64,000 nucleotides of DNA from a virus. Taxonomy: Duplodnaviria; Caudoviricetes. The stretch lies in the IMG/VR virus record IMGVR_UViG_3300010282_000004, positions 83,595 through 147,594 of that record; one strand, 5' to 3'. The position numbers were made by a program, and so were the translations under genes. Within the stretch, counting starts at the first letter, position 1. The number at the start of each line of letters is the position of its first letter. A model generated the notes under the pieces. The model was not told where the DNA came from, did no database searches, and saw only the letters and a program-made list of their open reading frames with translations. Shown here in pieces: positions 38,422 to 48,367 of this stretch.

Positions 38422-39774
38422 TTAAATATTAATCTGTTGAATACCAAAGAACTTTAAAAGTTCTGGATAATCATCTTTAACGTCTTCTATATTTTCTATT
38501 TTAAATTTTATATTAGCAATATCTTTTATGTTTATTAAATCTCTTCTGTCACTTTCGTTTTCCATATATTTTCTATCTAAAATTAAATTTCCCCATTTTT
38601 TGCAAATTTTATTTTTAATCTTAAGCATTATTTCTTTTTCATCACGCTCCCTCTCTTCGTACATTTCACGTTTTTTCTCTGCAACTATATATTTATATGG
38701 CGTCTCTTTCTCTTTGATTATATTCATTATTATTTGTTCTTCAGTAGTCCCATATCCATATTTTTTCATTCTATTTTTAAATGCACACTCTGACAATTTT
38801 TCATAATCTTTTTTATAGTAATATAAATGAATTTCTTTTTTACCTTCATAAACTTTCATTATGCATCTATCTAAGAAATTTTCTATCTTTTTATATACAG
38901 TGTCGTATGAATTAAAATCGCTAATTTTCATATAATGTAATGCTTTGAGTTCACATCTATCACCACGGACAAAATAATCCATTAACCCACCACCAACAAT
39001 TAAATAATACTTTCTTCCAGTATCAACTTCCGTATAGTAATATAATGGATCGTTAAAATTATATTTGCAGTATTCGTTCTCATGTAATTTTACCTTGCTT
39101 AAATATCTGTTTAAACTTTCTTCGTCATATCTATAATTTCTATTAGCCAAATCGCATATTTCACCTTTATCATGCTTTTGATTTATTTCATCATAGAATC
39201 TATTGTTCCAATATTCTTCTTCATCAAACTTGCCTGTGTCATTTACCATCCAATTTCTATACTCGTAGTCCATGAATATAATAATGTTGCCATCTTCATA
39301 TAATTTTCCTTTTACATACTTATACCCATTGTAAACTCTACTTCTGAATGTTACAATTTTATACTTCTTTCCAGTACTTATATCAAAATATTCGTATCCA
39401 TTTTTGTTATAACTATAACCAAATAATTTATCTTTAGTTTTTACATTATATGCCTCAATTTTATTTAATAACTTTTCTCTTTCCTGCTGGCTAAGGATTT
39501 TGTCAACTTCTTCTTGTAAGCTTCCATTATAATAATCAATAATAACTTTTCCATATGTTCCATCTGGTTCTTCTGATACTAAACAATCATGCCCATCTAC
39601 ATTCTTATGACCAACAAACATATTATCATATTTTAATCTTCCATATGCATCACGATACACATGAGATCCGTTTGATAATGCCTTATTTCTATTTTCGTTT
39701 GTCTTTTTACTGTCTTTAACTTTTTGTTTCACAGATAAAGCTCCGCCAGTTAAGAAGTACAAAATATCTAACAT
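38422..39774 (-). CDS. very AT-rich hypothetical protein
   Basis: 450 aa; internal repeat YFDISTGKKY / YTEVDTGRKY. Confidence 0.75.
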   Translation of the reverse strand: MLDILYFLTGGALSVKQKVKDSKKTNENRNKALSNGSHVYRDAYGRLKYDNMFVGHKNVDGHDCLVSEEPDGTYGKVIIDYYNGSLQEEVDKILSQQEREKLLNKIEAYNVKTKDKLFGYSYNKNGYEYFDISTGKKYKIVTFRSRVYNGYKYVKGKLYEDGNIIIFMDYEYRNWMVNDTGKFDEEEYWNNRFYDEINQKHDKGEICDLANRNYRYDEESLNRYLSKVKLHENEYCKYNFNDPLYYYTEVDTGRKYYLIVGGGLMDYFVRGDRCELKALHYMKISDFNSYDTVYKKIENFLDRCIMKVYEGKKEIHLYYYKKDYEKLSECAFKNRMKKYGYGTTEEQIIMNIIKEKETPYKYIVAEKKREMYEERERDEKEIMLKIKNKICKKWGNLILDRKYMENESDRRDLINIKDIANIKFKIENIEDVKDDYPELLKFFGIQQINI

Positions 39775-39792
39775 ACTATTATCTCCTTTCTA

Positions 39793-40038
39793 TTATTTAA
39801 TTATACCACGTTTTTTAAATTCACAGATAGCAAAATCAATAATGCAGGTATACTCACCTTTTGTTACATCTCTATCAATTCCGTTTTTATCATAATTTGT
39901 ATAAGTCCCACTATATAATATGTATACAAAACCGTCTTCACATAATTTTACATCAACATATTCATTACTATCAAGTCTAATAGACATATACCATTCTTCT
40001 GTTTCAGCTTCTTCATTCCATATGCTTGCAACTCTCAT
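39793..40038 (-). CDS. hypothetical protein
   Basis: start trimmed to MRVAS. Confidence 0.6.
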   Translation of the reverse strand: MRVASIWNEEAETEEWYMSIRLDSNEYVDVKLCEDGFVYILYSGTYTNYDKNGIDRDVTKGEYTCIIDFAICEFKKRGIIK

Positions 40039-40040
40039 AT

Positions 40041-40229
40041 TTATCTCTCCTTCCATTCAACGATCTTAATCGCATCAACCTTGCAGTTCTTCATTACACT
40101 TAATTTAAATCTTGCATTCCGTAAGTCGTTTGCTATAACAACATCATTATGAAGTTTTCCTTTATACTTATACGCCAATTCATATTGTGCTAAACTATTC
40201 TGTTTTAAATTAATACTACTACAATTCAT
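40041..40229 (-). CDS. hypothetical protein
   Basis: ORF with RBS. Confidence 0.55.
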   Translation of the reverse strand: MNCSSINLKQNSLAQYELAYKYKGKLHNDVVIANDLRNARFKLSVMKNCKVDAIKIVEWKER

Positions 40230-40250
40230 ATTATTTCTCCCTTCAATTAA

Positions 40251-40526
40251 TTAAAAATCTCCGTCATCAATAACTAACATACCCAAATCATGCGCGTTTC
40301 CATATTCATCATGCCTTTCACCATTATGATAATAAGCTAATGGAAAGTAACCATCTGGACAACCAATAAGTATAGGGGTGTCTAATGAAATATTCTGCTC
40401 TATACAAAAATTAATTAAATCATTCATTGTTATTGGAACATTTCCTTCTTCCAATCCACAAATAATATCACCTTTCTCTTTCATAGCATTAATCAAATTG
40501 ATATTTAATTCATCAATTGTACTCAT
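40251..40526 (-). CDS. hypothetical protein
   Basis: ORF with RBS. Confidence 0.65.
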   Translation of the reverse strand: MSTIDELNINLINAMKEKGDIICGLEEGNVPITMNDLINFCIEQNISLDTPILIGCPDGYFPLAYYHNGERHDEYGNAHDLGMLVIDDGDF

Positions 40527-40528
40527 AT

Positions 40529-40696
40529 CTAATCTCTCCCTTCTAATTCATTTCTAACTCTCTGTTTAAATCTTTCAACTAAATCAATGTATCCTTGGTT
40601 TGTAACCTGAATATTTTTTAAATCTTCCGGCTTAACTAATACACCATTTACATAACAATTAAATACTAATGGTTTTATTTCCTTTGTTCTTCGCAT
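40529..40696 (-). CDS. hypothetical protein
   Basis: MRRTKE after AAGGAG. Confidence 0.55.
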   Translation of the reverse strand: MRRTKEIKPLVFNCYVNGVLVKPEDLKNIQVTNQGYIDLVERFKQRVRNELEGRD

Positions 40697-40760
40697 AATA
40701 TGCTCCTTTCCTAATAAGAAACGATGAAGCCACAATTGTGACCTCATCGTTGTATGTTTG

Positions 40761-41390
40761 TTATTTAAGTTTCTCTCTAATATGTTTTTCTCCATTATTC
40801 TTGTAGCATCTAAGACATGATGCACAACTTCTACCGCCACAGTTTATTTCAATATTGTTTTCAGAAATTGTTTTCTTGTCATATACTGTGAACACCTTAT
40901 CTATGTATGGCATATTACTTATATCAACTTCCTTATTAAGGAACAGACTTGATACAAGTATCTGTAAGTTCTTTGGCTTTTTATCTGCAATCTTTGCAAC
41001 AATGTGAGGGTTCTTAGTCCAAAGTGCAAACTTTGTTCCCTTGTTTTTCTTACAAATATTGAAATAGTTTTCAAGCTGGATCTCATTGTGCAAATCTCCA
41101 AAGGCCTCAAATCTAAAATATTTACTGTTAATAACAGGAAGCTCATCCTTTTTAAGAATTCTGCTTGTTAAGATTTCTGCATTCCGTTCATAGCAAGGAC
41201 TCATCTGTTTGTACATCTGCATCATTCTTTGTGCATAACATTTTTGACAAACACTTCCAGGGATCTTTGAATATCTCTCGCAGTTAGCATTGGTCTTGCA
41301 GCTAGTACTAATGCTGCACATTCCTTTCATTTTTCCAGTATGGTTAGTTGTGATGTGAAGTTCGTTGTTCATAATTTCATTTGCTTTCAT
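40761..41390 (-). CDS. GP88-like, divergent radical-SAM-like protein
   Basis: C...VCQKCYA, FRFEAFGD, FALWTK, CGGRSCASCLRCY. Confidence 0.65.
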   Translation of the reverse strand: MKANEIMNNELHITTNHTGKMKGMCSISTSCKTNANCERYSKIPGSVCQKCYAQRMMQMYKQMSPCYERNAEILTSRILKKDELPVINSKYFRFEAFGDLHNEIQLENYFNICKKNKGTKFALWTKNPHIVAKIADKKPKNLQILVSSLFLNKEVDISNMPYIDKVFTVYDKKTISENNIEINCGGRSCASCLRCYKNNGEKHIREKLK

Positions 41391-41462
41391 AATTTTGATC
41401 TCCTTTGTTCTTTAAAATTTGTTTATTTGTTGTTCAATATTCAGTTGTATGCATTAAAAAAC

Positions 41463-41912
41463 TCACACTGCTTCTTGTGTGAGTTCTCTAACTTCATCTT
41501 CAGTTAAAATTCTGATTGGTTTTAACCATTCAGATAAATACCAGATGCCTTGTGGTCTTTCATACTCAACAACATTCATTGCCTCGCATTCCATCCACAC
41601 TCTTCTTTCACCACTCTTTAGCTGATCTGCTATCCAACTTGCTTCCGGCAACGGACATGAATGCCAACCACCAATTGGATTCTCGCTATCAGTTCCATTA
41701 ATGCTTCTAGGTGCAAATCCCTTTGTAGGATGATATTCAGATTGCATCCATTCACCAAACTCAAATGGTTTCTTGTTATCAATAAACAGTGGATAATACT
41801 TACCATCATTAAGTACTCTAACTTTCTTATAAACGATCTTTGTTCCTTTCATATTCATTACCTCACTTTCATTTGCATTGTTTGTTGCTACATTTGTTCT
41901 TACTTCACTCAT
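41463..41912 (-). CDS. hypothetical phage protein
   Basis: YPLFI...GFAPR...GWHS...RVWMECE. Confidence 0.75.
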   Translation of the reverse strand: MSEVRTNVATNNANESEVMNMKGTKIVYKKVRVLNDGKYYPLFIDNKKPFEFGEWMQSEYHPTKGFAPRSINGTDSENPIGGWHSCPLPEASWIADQLKSGERRVWMECEAMNVVEYERPQGIWYLSEWLKPIRILTEDEVRELTQEAV

Positions 41913-41936
41913 TGTTTTAATCTCCCTTTTGTTTAA

Positions 41937-41969
41937 TAAAAAAGGAAGTCCATGTTTCAGGACTTCCTT
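41937..41969 (-). terminator. intrinsic terminator
   Basis: AAGGAAGTCC/GGACTTCCTT plus T tract. Confidence 0.75.
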
Positions 41970-41986
41970 GATAACGTGTTCTATAT

Positions 41987-42262
41987 TTAGTTTTCAATTT
42001 GTTTAATATCATTGTATGGAACTGCATAATACTCTATTGAATAATCATTAAACATATTAAATCCACAAAATCCATTTGAATCAATTACTTCAAGATCATA
42101 TACATCTTTTGTGCCAAAGCTAAAATTGTCTGCATCTTCATTTCTGTCTTCTTCTATAATTTCAATAATATAATTTTGTGCTTCTTCTCTTGTACCAAAT
42201 ATTTTTCTTATAAAGAATTCTCCATCACTTCCAAATGCAGTAATAATATAAGTTTTTTTCAT
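41987..42262 (-). CDS. acidic hypothetical protein
   Basis: ORF with AAGGAG RBS. Confidence 0.7.
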   Translation of the reverse strand: MKKTYIITAFGSDGEFFIRKIFGTREEAQNYIIEIIEEDRNEDADNFSFGTKDVYDLEVIDSNGFCGFNMFNDYSIEYYAVPYNDIKQIEN

Positions 42263-42328
42263 AATTTAATCTCCTTTCTTATTTAAAAAGGAGTGGCATA
42301 CATTTTAGTACACCACTCAAAATATTAA

Positions 42329-43264
42329 CTATGCACTAAGCACTACATCTAAGGCACGATCAAGCATCTTATTTCCATCGATTGTTTTAAGAAATTTGTT
42401 TTCCTTGTAGTTTGCAGTTCTTCTAAAGGGTTCAATGTGAGTTGTTGTATCTGCAACTGCCTGAATCAATCTTGCTCCAGTCTTATCTAACATGATTAAA
42501 TCAGGAGCATCATTATATCTTCTGATAATATCTAACTGTATTACCTTAGCATTCTTAATTTGTGTTTCAGTCATCTTACTCTCGTCAATAGGAACAATAT
42601 CATTAACCATTCTTCTAAGAGAGATGTCGTTTAACTTAACCTTATACAGATCTTCGAAAGTTTCTTTTGTACTTTCCATATAAGCATGAGCAAGTTTTAA
42701 TGTGTCACTTGCATCATTTAACTTTGAGTTAATGTTTCCTGTATGTCTTGTAGACCATGTTCTACTTGCATTTCTCATTGCCATATTCAATGTGTTTTGG
42801 CATACAACTCTAACAGGTGTCATAGCAACTCTAACAGAACCACTTCCATCATGTGTATTTGTAAATACTACATATGGATCTACCTTATCACCAAGAATGG
42901 TAAATTCATCTGGAAGTAATGCTAACAACCAAATTGTTCTTCCACCATTAAGCGATCCGGCAGTTTCATATCTTACACCTTCTCCAAGAAGAGAGTCTGT
43001 AAAATCAAATGCATCTCTGTTCTGTACAATCTGATATCTGTCACCTACAATACCAAGTGGCTTTCCGTCAACATCTCTTATGTTTACATAATTGCCAGGA
43101 ATTTGGATTCCATTTTCTGTGTAGATGTTCTGTCTTTCTACATTCCAATCAAGTCCTGCAAGTCTAATTGCATCTGCACTTGTTGGTGCTTCCTTTACAA
43201 TAATTCCCATTCCATGCCACGGTGTTACTCTTGTTGAATACATTGTTTCTACGTTTGCTGCCAT
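42329..43264 (-). CDS. DUF932 / TIGR03299-type phage-plasmid protein
   Basis: MAANVETM...PWHGMG, AGLDW, YETAGSL.GG, NTHDGSG, TPVRVVCQNTL. Confidence 0.9.
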   Translation of the reverse strand: MAANVETMYSTRVTPWHGMGIIVKEAPTSADAIRLAGLDWNVERQNIYTENGIQIPGNYVNIRDVDGKPLGIVGDRYQIVQNRDAFDFTDSLLGEGVRYETAGSLNGGRTIWLLALLPDEFTILGDKVDPYVVFTNTHDGSGSVRVAMTPVRVVCQNTLNMAMRNASRTWSTRHTGNINSKLNDASDTLKLAHAYMESTKETFEDLYKVKLNDISLRRMVNDIVPIDESKMTETQIKNAKVIQLDIIRRYNDAPDLIMLDKTGARLIQAVADTTTHIEPFRRTANYKENKFLKTIDGNKMLDRALDVVLSA

Positions 43265-43400
43265 AATTTTTTCCTCCTAAAAATTAGATTCGTTTATTAA
43301 TCGTTCCATATTCAGTTGTATGCATGAGATTAAAGTGTATTGTTAAAATAAATCTTTCTTAATATAATTCACCTTGCATAACTTTATTCTCCTTTTTTGT

Positions 43401-44018
43401 TTATTCAAATGCCCATTTTGCAACTTGTTTATATGCATGTTCCATAAGATGCTCGTGTTTATCATCGTCTATCATTTTGGTTATTGCTATCTCACATTCT
43501 TTTTTGAATTTATCAAATGAATTTGTGATTGGAACTTCAATATTTGCATCGAACATAGTGTATGGGAATCCATTATAATTTCCATAATGATCATTTTCAT
43601 CTTCATCAATATTGGTGCAATATGTATTTGTATATAAATACCATGCACTTAAATCTAATGTATGCTGAAACTCAATACTTAAATCTCCAACACACACTTT
43701 TCCATAGAAATCAGATCCGTCAGTATTTTTAGTTAAATGATCAATCATCATTTCTGCCCATTCACTTTCTGTCATTGCCCATACAAACTCAAGTTTTTCA
43801 ACATGTTGACAAACTTCTTGGCAAAAGATTACATCATCATTATCAAATACATGTAATGTATATTCATCATCTTCTGGTTCTCTATGTAGTCCAATTTCAA
43901 GGAATCTATTTGGTGTGTATTCAATTAATCTTCCGTTCTTTGACCACTCACCTGGTTTAAGTTCTCTCCAATCAGGGAACATTTCCTGTACAGAATCATC
44001 AACACTAATCTTTCTCAT
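43401..44018 (-). CDS. acidic hypothetical protein
   Basis: 205-aa ORF. Confidence 0.7.
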   Translation of the reverse strand: MRKISVDDSVQEMFPDWRELKPGEWSKNGRLIEYTPNRFLEIGLHREPEDDEYTLHVFDNDDVIFCQEVCQHVEKLEFVWAMTESEWAEMMIDHLTKNTDGSDFYGKVCVGDLSIEFQHTLDLSAWYLYTNTYCTNIDEDENDHYGNYNGFPYTMFDANIEVPITNSFDKFKKECEIAITKMIDDDKHEHLMEHAYKQVAKWAFE

Positions 44019-44020
44019 AC

Positions 44021-44221
44021 TTATTTACCTTCCTTTCCAATAATCTCGTTCCAAATGTTCATACCATCTTCACTGGTAATTTTTCCTTCAAGTTCCAATA
44101 CTGTAAGAACTCCATTCCAAAATGCCAATGCAACTTCGTTTGGATTCTTAACATAAAACTGCATCAAATCATAACCGGGTCTCTTACATAAATACTTCCA
44201 TACTTCATTCCATGTTTTCAT
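44021..44221 (-). CDS. hypothetical protein
   Basis: MKTWNE after GTGAGG. Confidence 0.6.
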   Translation of the reverse strand: MKTWNEVWKYLCKRPGYDLMQFYVKNPNEVALAFWNGVLTVLELEGKITSEDGMNIWNEIIGKEGK

Positions 44222-44248
44222 ATTATTATTCCTCACTTTTTTTAATCT

Positions 44249-44279
44249 AAAAGGGAACCCATATAATGGATTCCCTTTT
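44249..44279 (-). terminator. terminator hairpin
   Basis: AAAAGGGAA/TTCCCTTTT. Confidence 0.7.
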
Positions 44280-44295
44280 GTTATCAGTTCCATAT

Positions 44296-44670
44296 TCAGT
44301 TGTTAGTATTAAATTTCTTTTCGAAGAATACATCCCATTCTTCATCGCTTATTGATACAAGGCTATCAAAGTCAAGCCATTCAAGCTCAAGTCTAATAAA
44401 CTCTTCAAGTGTACTATACTCATTATCTGATACAATATATCCATCAATCTCTGTTACGATTGCATTTCTTGTAAGATCGATGGTTACTTGTACTTCATGA
44501 CTATCTCCATTTATTTCGTCTTCCAAATCTGTACATGCCACACTAATATTTGAAAGATCAGAGAAGTCTACATCATAATCAAATTCCGTCTCATCCCCAA
44601 GGAAATCCTTGATATAATAGTCGTTAATAAGCTTTTTTGCTTGATCGATAAGTTCATTTGTTTTGCTCAT
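44296..44670 (-). CDS. acidic protein resembling a domain of Firmicute large polyvalent proteins
   Basis: AKKLINDY...DFSDLS...HEVQVTIDL...LDFDSLVSI (recalled similarity). Confidence 0.6.
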   Translation of the reverse strand: MSKTNELIDQAKKLINDYYIKDFLGDETEFDYDVDFSDLSNISVACTDLEDEINGDSHEVQVTIDLTRNAIVTEIDGYIVSDNEYSTLEEFIRLELEWLDFDSLVSISDEEWDVFFEKKFNTNN

Positions 44671-44870
44671 ACTTCACACCTCACTTTCTATTCCCATTTA
44701 TCCCATTGTTCATTTTCAACAACAGGTATTTCTTCTATTACCTCAAGTCCATCTAACTCATCTATATAAAGAATAAAACTTCCAGTTGAATCACAATAAC
44801 CAATGATACCATTTAACTCATCGTTATCAGGTGTCTCAATAATTCTTTTATAATCACTTACTATCATAAC

Positions 44871-45125
44871 TCATACCTCTCTTTCCCAAATAACTTCGTA
44901 TACATCAGGTTGTTCAAACCTATTGTTATACTTGTCTTCCGTTTTCCATGCTCTCAGGACAATTTCATCAAATCCATTCTCTTCAGCAACTTCAATTGCA
45001 GATTGGAAATCATAACAGATTTCATTGTCCCAGTTATCAAACTTACTTATCAGAAAGTCAACACATCTAAACTTTTTAGAATCGATTGCCTTTCCGTCTT
45101 GTGTAAAGAATACCATATTCATCAC
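44871..45125 (-). CDS. hypothetical protein
   Basis: ORF with RBS. Confidence 0.6.
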   Translation of the reverse strand: MMNMVFFTQDGKAIDSKKFRCVDFLISKFDNWDNEICYDFQSAIEVAEENGFDEIVLRAWKTEDKYNNRFEQPDVYEVIWEREV

Positions 45126-45310
45126 CTCTCTTTCTCAATCATAACTATATGGTTGTCTACCATGTTCATAATCATCTTGTGTCCAAGATGCCTTCCATGA
45201 TGCTCCAAGAACAGAATAGCCAAGGCTTTCTAAAGCCTCAGCTATCTTTTCTGCATCAATATCATTTCTGTCAAGTAAAATGTCCAATGAAAACTGTACT
45301 ACATCCATAA

Positions 45311-45856
45311 TTAATTCTCCTTTCCGTTTAATATTCTGATTTCATTTAGTATATTGAAGTATGCATTAGTTGCATCATACTCTTCTTCTGTTAAGTATCT
45401 ATATGACATAAGGAATTCATCCTTACTTAACATCATAAAATCAAACATCTTTTCAGCATCGTTTATAAATATTGATCCTGATTTTTTCTTAAGTACATTT
45501 TCGCTTATATAATCAAGGATAAAAAACTTCATTTGCTCTATAAGCTCGCCATCAATTATAATCCTGTTATAATTAAATGGCTCAAATTCGTTGTAATCAG
45601 TTGAATACTGATCAAATTCATTGTAGTTAGCAGATGTAGTATCCAATTTCATTATGTATATTGCAGAATAATCATTGCCTGAATTACATGAAAGATTAAG
45701 TTCTGCTCCATACATAACTCCACCTATTGGAGCATTAAGATATACTTGAACTTCTCCCCATAAATCAACATACTCATAATTTTTAAGTGCTTTTACATAT
45801 TTGTTGTACTCATCATTTGTAATATTAATTTGTACATCCCACATTTTGTTTTCCAT
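45311..45856 (-). CDS. hypothetical protein
   Basis: C-terminal DAEKMFDF...EFLMSYRYLTEEEYDAT. Confidence 0.7.
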   Translation of the reverse strand: MENKMWDVQINITNDEYNKYVKALKNYEYVDLWGEVQVYLNAPIGGVMYGAELNLSCNSGNDYSAIYIMKLDTTSANYNEFDQYSTDYNEFEPFNYNRIIIDGELIEQMKFFILDYISENVLKKKSGSIFINDAEKMFDFMMLSKDEFLMSYRYLTEEEYDATNAYFNILNEIRILNGKEN

Positions 45857-46076
45857 AATTTTAATCTCCTTTCAAAATTTACTTTTATTGTTAATCGTCG
45901 CCACCATCTTCAATTAGTTCTCCACAATCTGGACAACATGGAACTTTTTCATTTTCATCAAAACTTAGGTCAAAAGCATCTTTCCACATATATCCACATA
46001 CTGGACATTCATACCATCCATCTTCTCTTTTAATTTTATATGCCATATATCATTATCCTCCATTAAAAATCTTGTT

Positions 46077-46286
46077 TTATTGTTCTCCAAAGAATACGTA
46101 AACCATTTCACTGAATGTTTCAAAATATAATTGTGTACCAGCAAATATACAAGACACAATCGTATCTCCAAGATCAGGAAGATCACATTCTCCATTGTAT
46201 TCCTCATACATTTCCGTAGGTGTCATATGCCATTCTCTTTCTTCTCCATTACAGTTAATGCTAATAAATTCGATTTTGTGTTCCAT
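46077..46286 (-). CDS. acidic hypothetical protein
   Basis: ORF with AAGGAG RBS. Confidence 0.6.
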   Translation of the reverse strand: MEHKIEFISINCNGEEREWHMTPTEMYEEYNGECDLPDLGDTIVSCIFAGTQLYFETFSEMVYVFFGEQ

Positions 46287-46303
46287 AATTATTCTCCTTT
46301 CAT

Positions 46304-46744
46304 TTATTGAAATTTTTTGTTAGCACTTGCATAAATTAATGCCTTTAATTTGTGACCAAGTAATTGTTGTGCCGTAAAAAATGTCATACCTGTATCAATT
46401 ACATTGTCTACAAAATATATTTCTGTTCCTTCTTTTATTGCACAAGTTAGATACATTGTAGGTTTGTGTATGATTCCTTTCTTTTTTTGTTGATATAACA
46501 TTTCATGCGGAATACATTTCAATACATCACATACAGTAGTACCAGTATTTTTTGCTATTATTTTTGAAATCTCCCTTGTATACATTGCAAATCCTTGATG
46601 ATTTGGAGCCGGGACTAAGATAGACTTTTCATTTATTAAATCCAGGTTCATAAAATAATCTGCCATCTCATTTATAGCCACTTTATCGTTTTCTTTTACA
46701 CCATGGCAAACTTCTCTTACGTGTTTGTTTTTGTAATTCTGCAT
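46304..46744 (-). CDS. phosphoribosyltransferase-like (ComF-type) protein
   Basis: LVPAP; FVDNVIDTGMT PRPP-binding loop. Confidence 0.75.
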   Translation of the reverse strand: MQNYKNKHVREVCHGVKENDKVAINEMADYFMNLDLINEKSILVPAPNHQGFAMYTREISKIIAKNTGTTVCDVLKCIPHEMLYQQKKKGIIHKPTMYLTCAIKEGTEIYFVDNVIDTGMTFFTAQQLLGHKLKALIYASANKKFQ

Positions 46745-46762
46745 TCCATTCTCCCTTCATTT

Positions 46763-47143
46763 TTAATAAACAAGTTTAATTGTTTCGTTTTCAACCATTT
46801 CTTTATGCTCCCTATACATTTCAGCTTCTTCATCATCACGAGGCCCACCAGCATTATAATCAAATATAGTAATTTCAACATTTTCGTTAGATGAATAAAT
46901 GTTATAAAATCCATATTCGTCTACCTCAATATGTATGATTGTTTTATCCACATTTTCATTTTTAACAGTTTCAATTTCAAATCCATACACACAGAAATCA
47001 TATGTATCAGACAACCAATCTGCAATATCCTCATCATCGACATCATTTGGAATATCAACATGATCCGGCAATCCAATAAATTGTGCTAATCCATTTTCCT
47101 CTTCCTCATCATAATCCCATACAATATTTACTGCTCTTCTCAT
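46763..47143 (-). CDS. highly acidic hypothetical protein
   Basis: NIVWD...LP...IADWLSDTYDFCVYGF. Confidence 0.7.
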   Translation of the reverse strand: MRRAVNIVWDYDEEEENGLAQFIGLPDHVDIPNDVDDEDIADWLSDTYDFCVYGFEIETVKNENVDKTIIHIEVDEYGFYNIYSSNENVEITIFDYNAGGPRDDEEAEMYREHKEMVENETIKLVY

Positions 47144-47160
47144 ATTTTCGTTCTCCCTTC

Positions 47161-47709
47161 TTATTTAAACTCATCAAATTCTCTTCCGTATTTATGAAAG
47201 TGCCTATCCATGTACTCACAGAAGAACTCTTCCATTGTATAGTATTCGCCAAAATCACAAAGAATATCTTGTACAATATCCTGATCCATTTTGTTAACTG
47301 TATCATCCCACATTCCATTGTCCATAAGATATCTTGCCCACAAATCATCATAATCGATTGCTCTTACGAACCAATCAAGCACACTCTTATCTTTGTAACC
47401 TTTTATATCATCATACGTATAACCAAGTTCGTCATACAACAACTCTGCCTCATCGATATCTGTTTCACAATAATCATTTGACATTTTTATAAATGCCTCA
47501 AGTCCTATATCAATTGCCTTTCTATACTCTGGTGTTTGATATGTTTTTGTTTCAATTCCATCAAATTCTTCCTTTGTCAACTCACCATAACTACGGAACA
47601 ATGTATTCATATACCCATAGCCATAATAAATTTTCTCTGCTTCTTTCTCTGTTGCAACATATTCAACATCCTTTTTACAATCGTCCCAAATAGTAATTAC
47701 TTCGTACAT
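47161..47709 (-). CDS. acidic protein with AcrIC5-like C-terminal domain
   Basis: VNKMD...EEFFCEYMDRHFHKYGREF. Confidence 0.55.
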   Translation of the reverse strand: MYEVITIWDDCKKDVEYVATEKEAEKIYYGYGYMNTLFRSYGELTKEEFDGIETKTYQTPEYRKAIDIGLEAFIKMSNDYCETDIDEAELLYDELGYTYDDIKGYKDKSVLDWFVRAIDYDDLWARYLMDNGMWDDTVNKMDQDIVQDILCDFGEYYTMEEFFCEYMDRHFHKYGREFDEFK

Positions 47710-47796
47710 AATTTTAATCTCCTTTTTGTTTAAATAAGGGCGACTCTATATGAATCGCCCTATGTTTACAAACTCCATATTCAGTTATATATATGA

Positions 47797-48009
47797 TTAT
47801 TCTTCATCGAATTCATCATATGTGTTACGAACGTAATCGTATCCGTTATCTGCCTTACGACCAATACGTTCAAATTGTGATTCGATTACAAATAAATCAC
47901 CAGAGCTAGTTACATCTTCTGCATCCTCAAGGATACATTCACACATTGCTTGAATATCAAGTGCCATTTTCTTGATTCCTTCTAATCTCTTTTCTACGTT
48001 CTTGCTCAT
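47797..48009 (-). CDS. hypothetical protein
   Basis: ORF with AAGGAG RBS. Confidence 0.65.
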   Translation of the reverse strand: MSKNVEKRLEGIKKMALDIQAMCECILEDAEDVTSSGDLFVIESQFERIGRKADNGYDYVRNTYDEFDEE

Positions 48010-48026
48010 AATTTTTAATCTCCTTC

Positions 48027-48347
48027 CTAAAAATCTTTTTCCACTATTGCAATCTTTCCTTCGTTTCTATATACAAAATACCTGCCACTCAATGTATAAA
48101 GAATGTTTGCCTTATCTTTCAATTCTTCTTGACTTAGACAATCATAAGAATATATATTAATCTCGCTACCATAAATCTCACCTAGCCATTTCCACTTTTC
48201 ATGTTCTTTATTAAATTTCTCCTTCTGTTTTTGTGTTCTAACGATTTTAACACTAAAACCTCCGTCACCATATCCGTTTGGAAAACAAACATTAAAATTA
48301 CTTGTGCCAATCATTATTGTTCCACCATCACAATCGTACTTCTTCAT
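48027..48347 (-). CDS. hypothetical protein
   Basis: PNGYGDG motif. Confidence 0.7.
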   Translation of the reverse strand: MKKYDCDGGTIMIGTSNFNVCFPNGYGDGGFSVKIVRTQKQKEKFNKEHEKWKWLGEIYGSEINIYSYDCLSQEELKDKANILYTLSGRYFVYRNEGKIAIVEKDF

Positions 48348-48367
48348 ACCTCATCTCTCCTTTCTGT

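Noticed and set aside
31657-39774. Arbitrium (aimR/aimP) system expected from SPbeta similarity
   Set aside because: No TPR-type receptor followed by a short secreted peptide gene is recognisable
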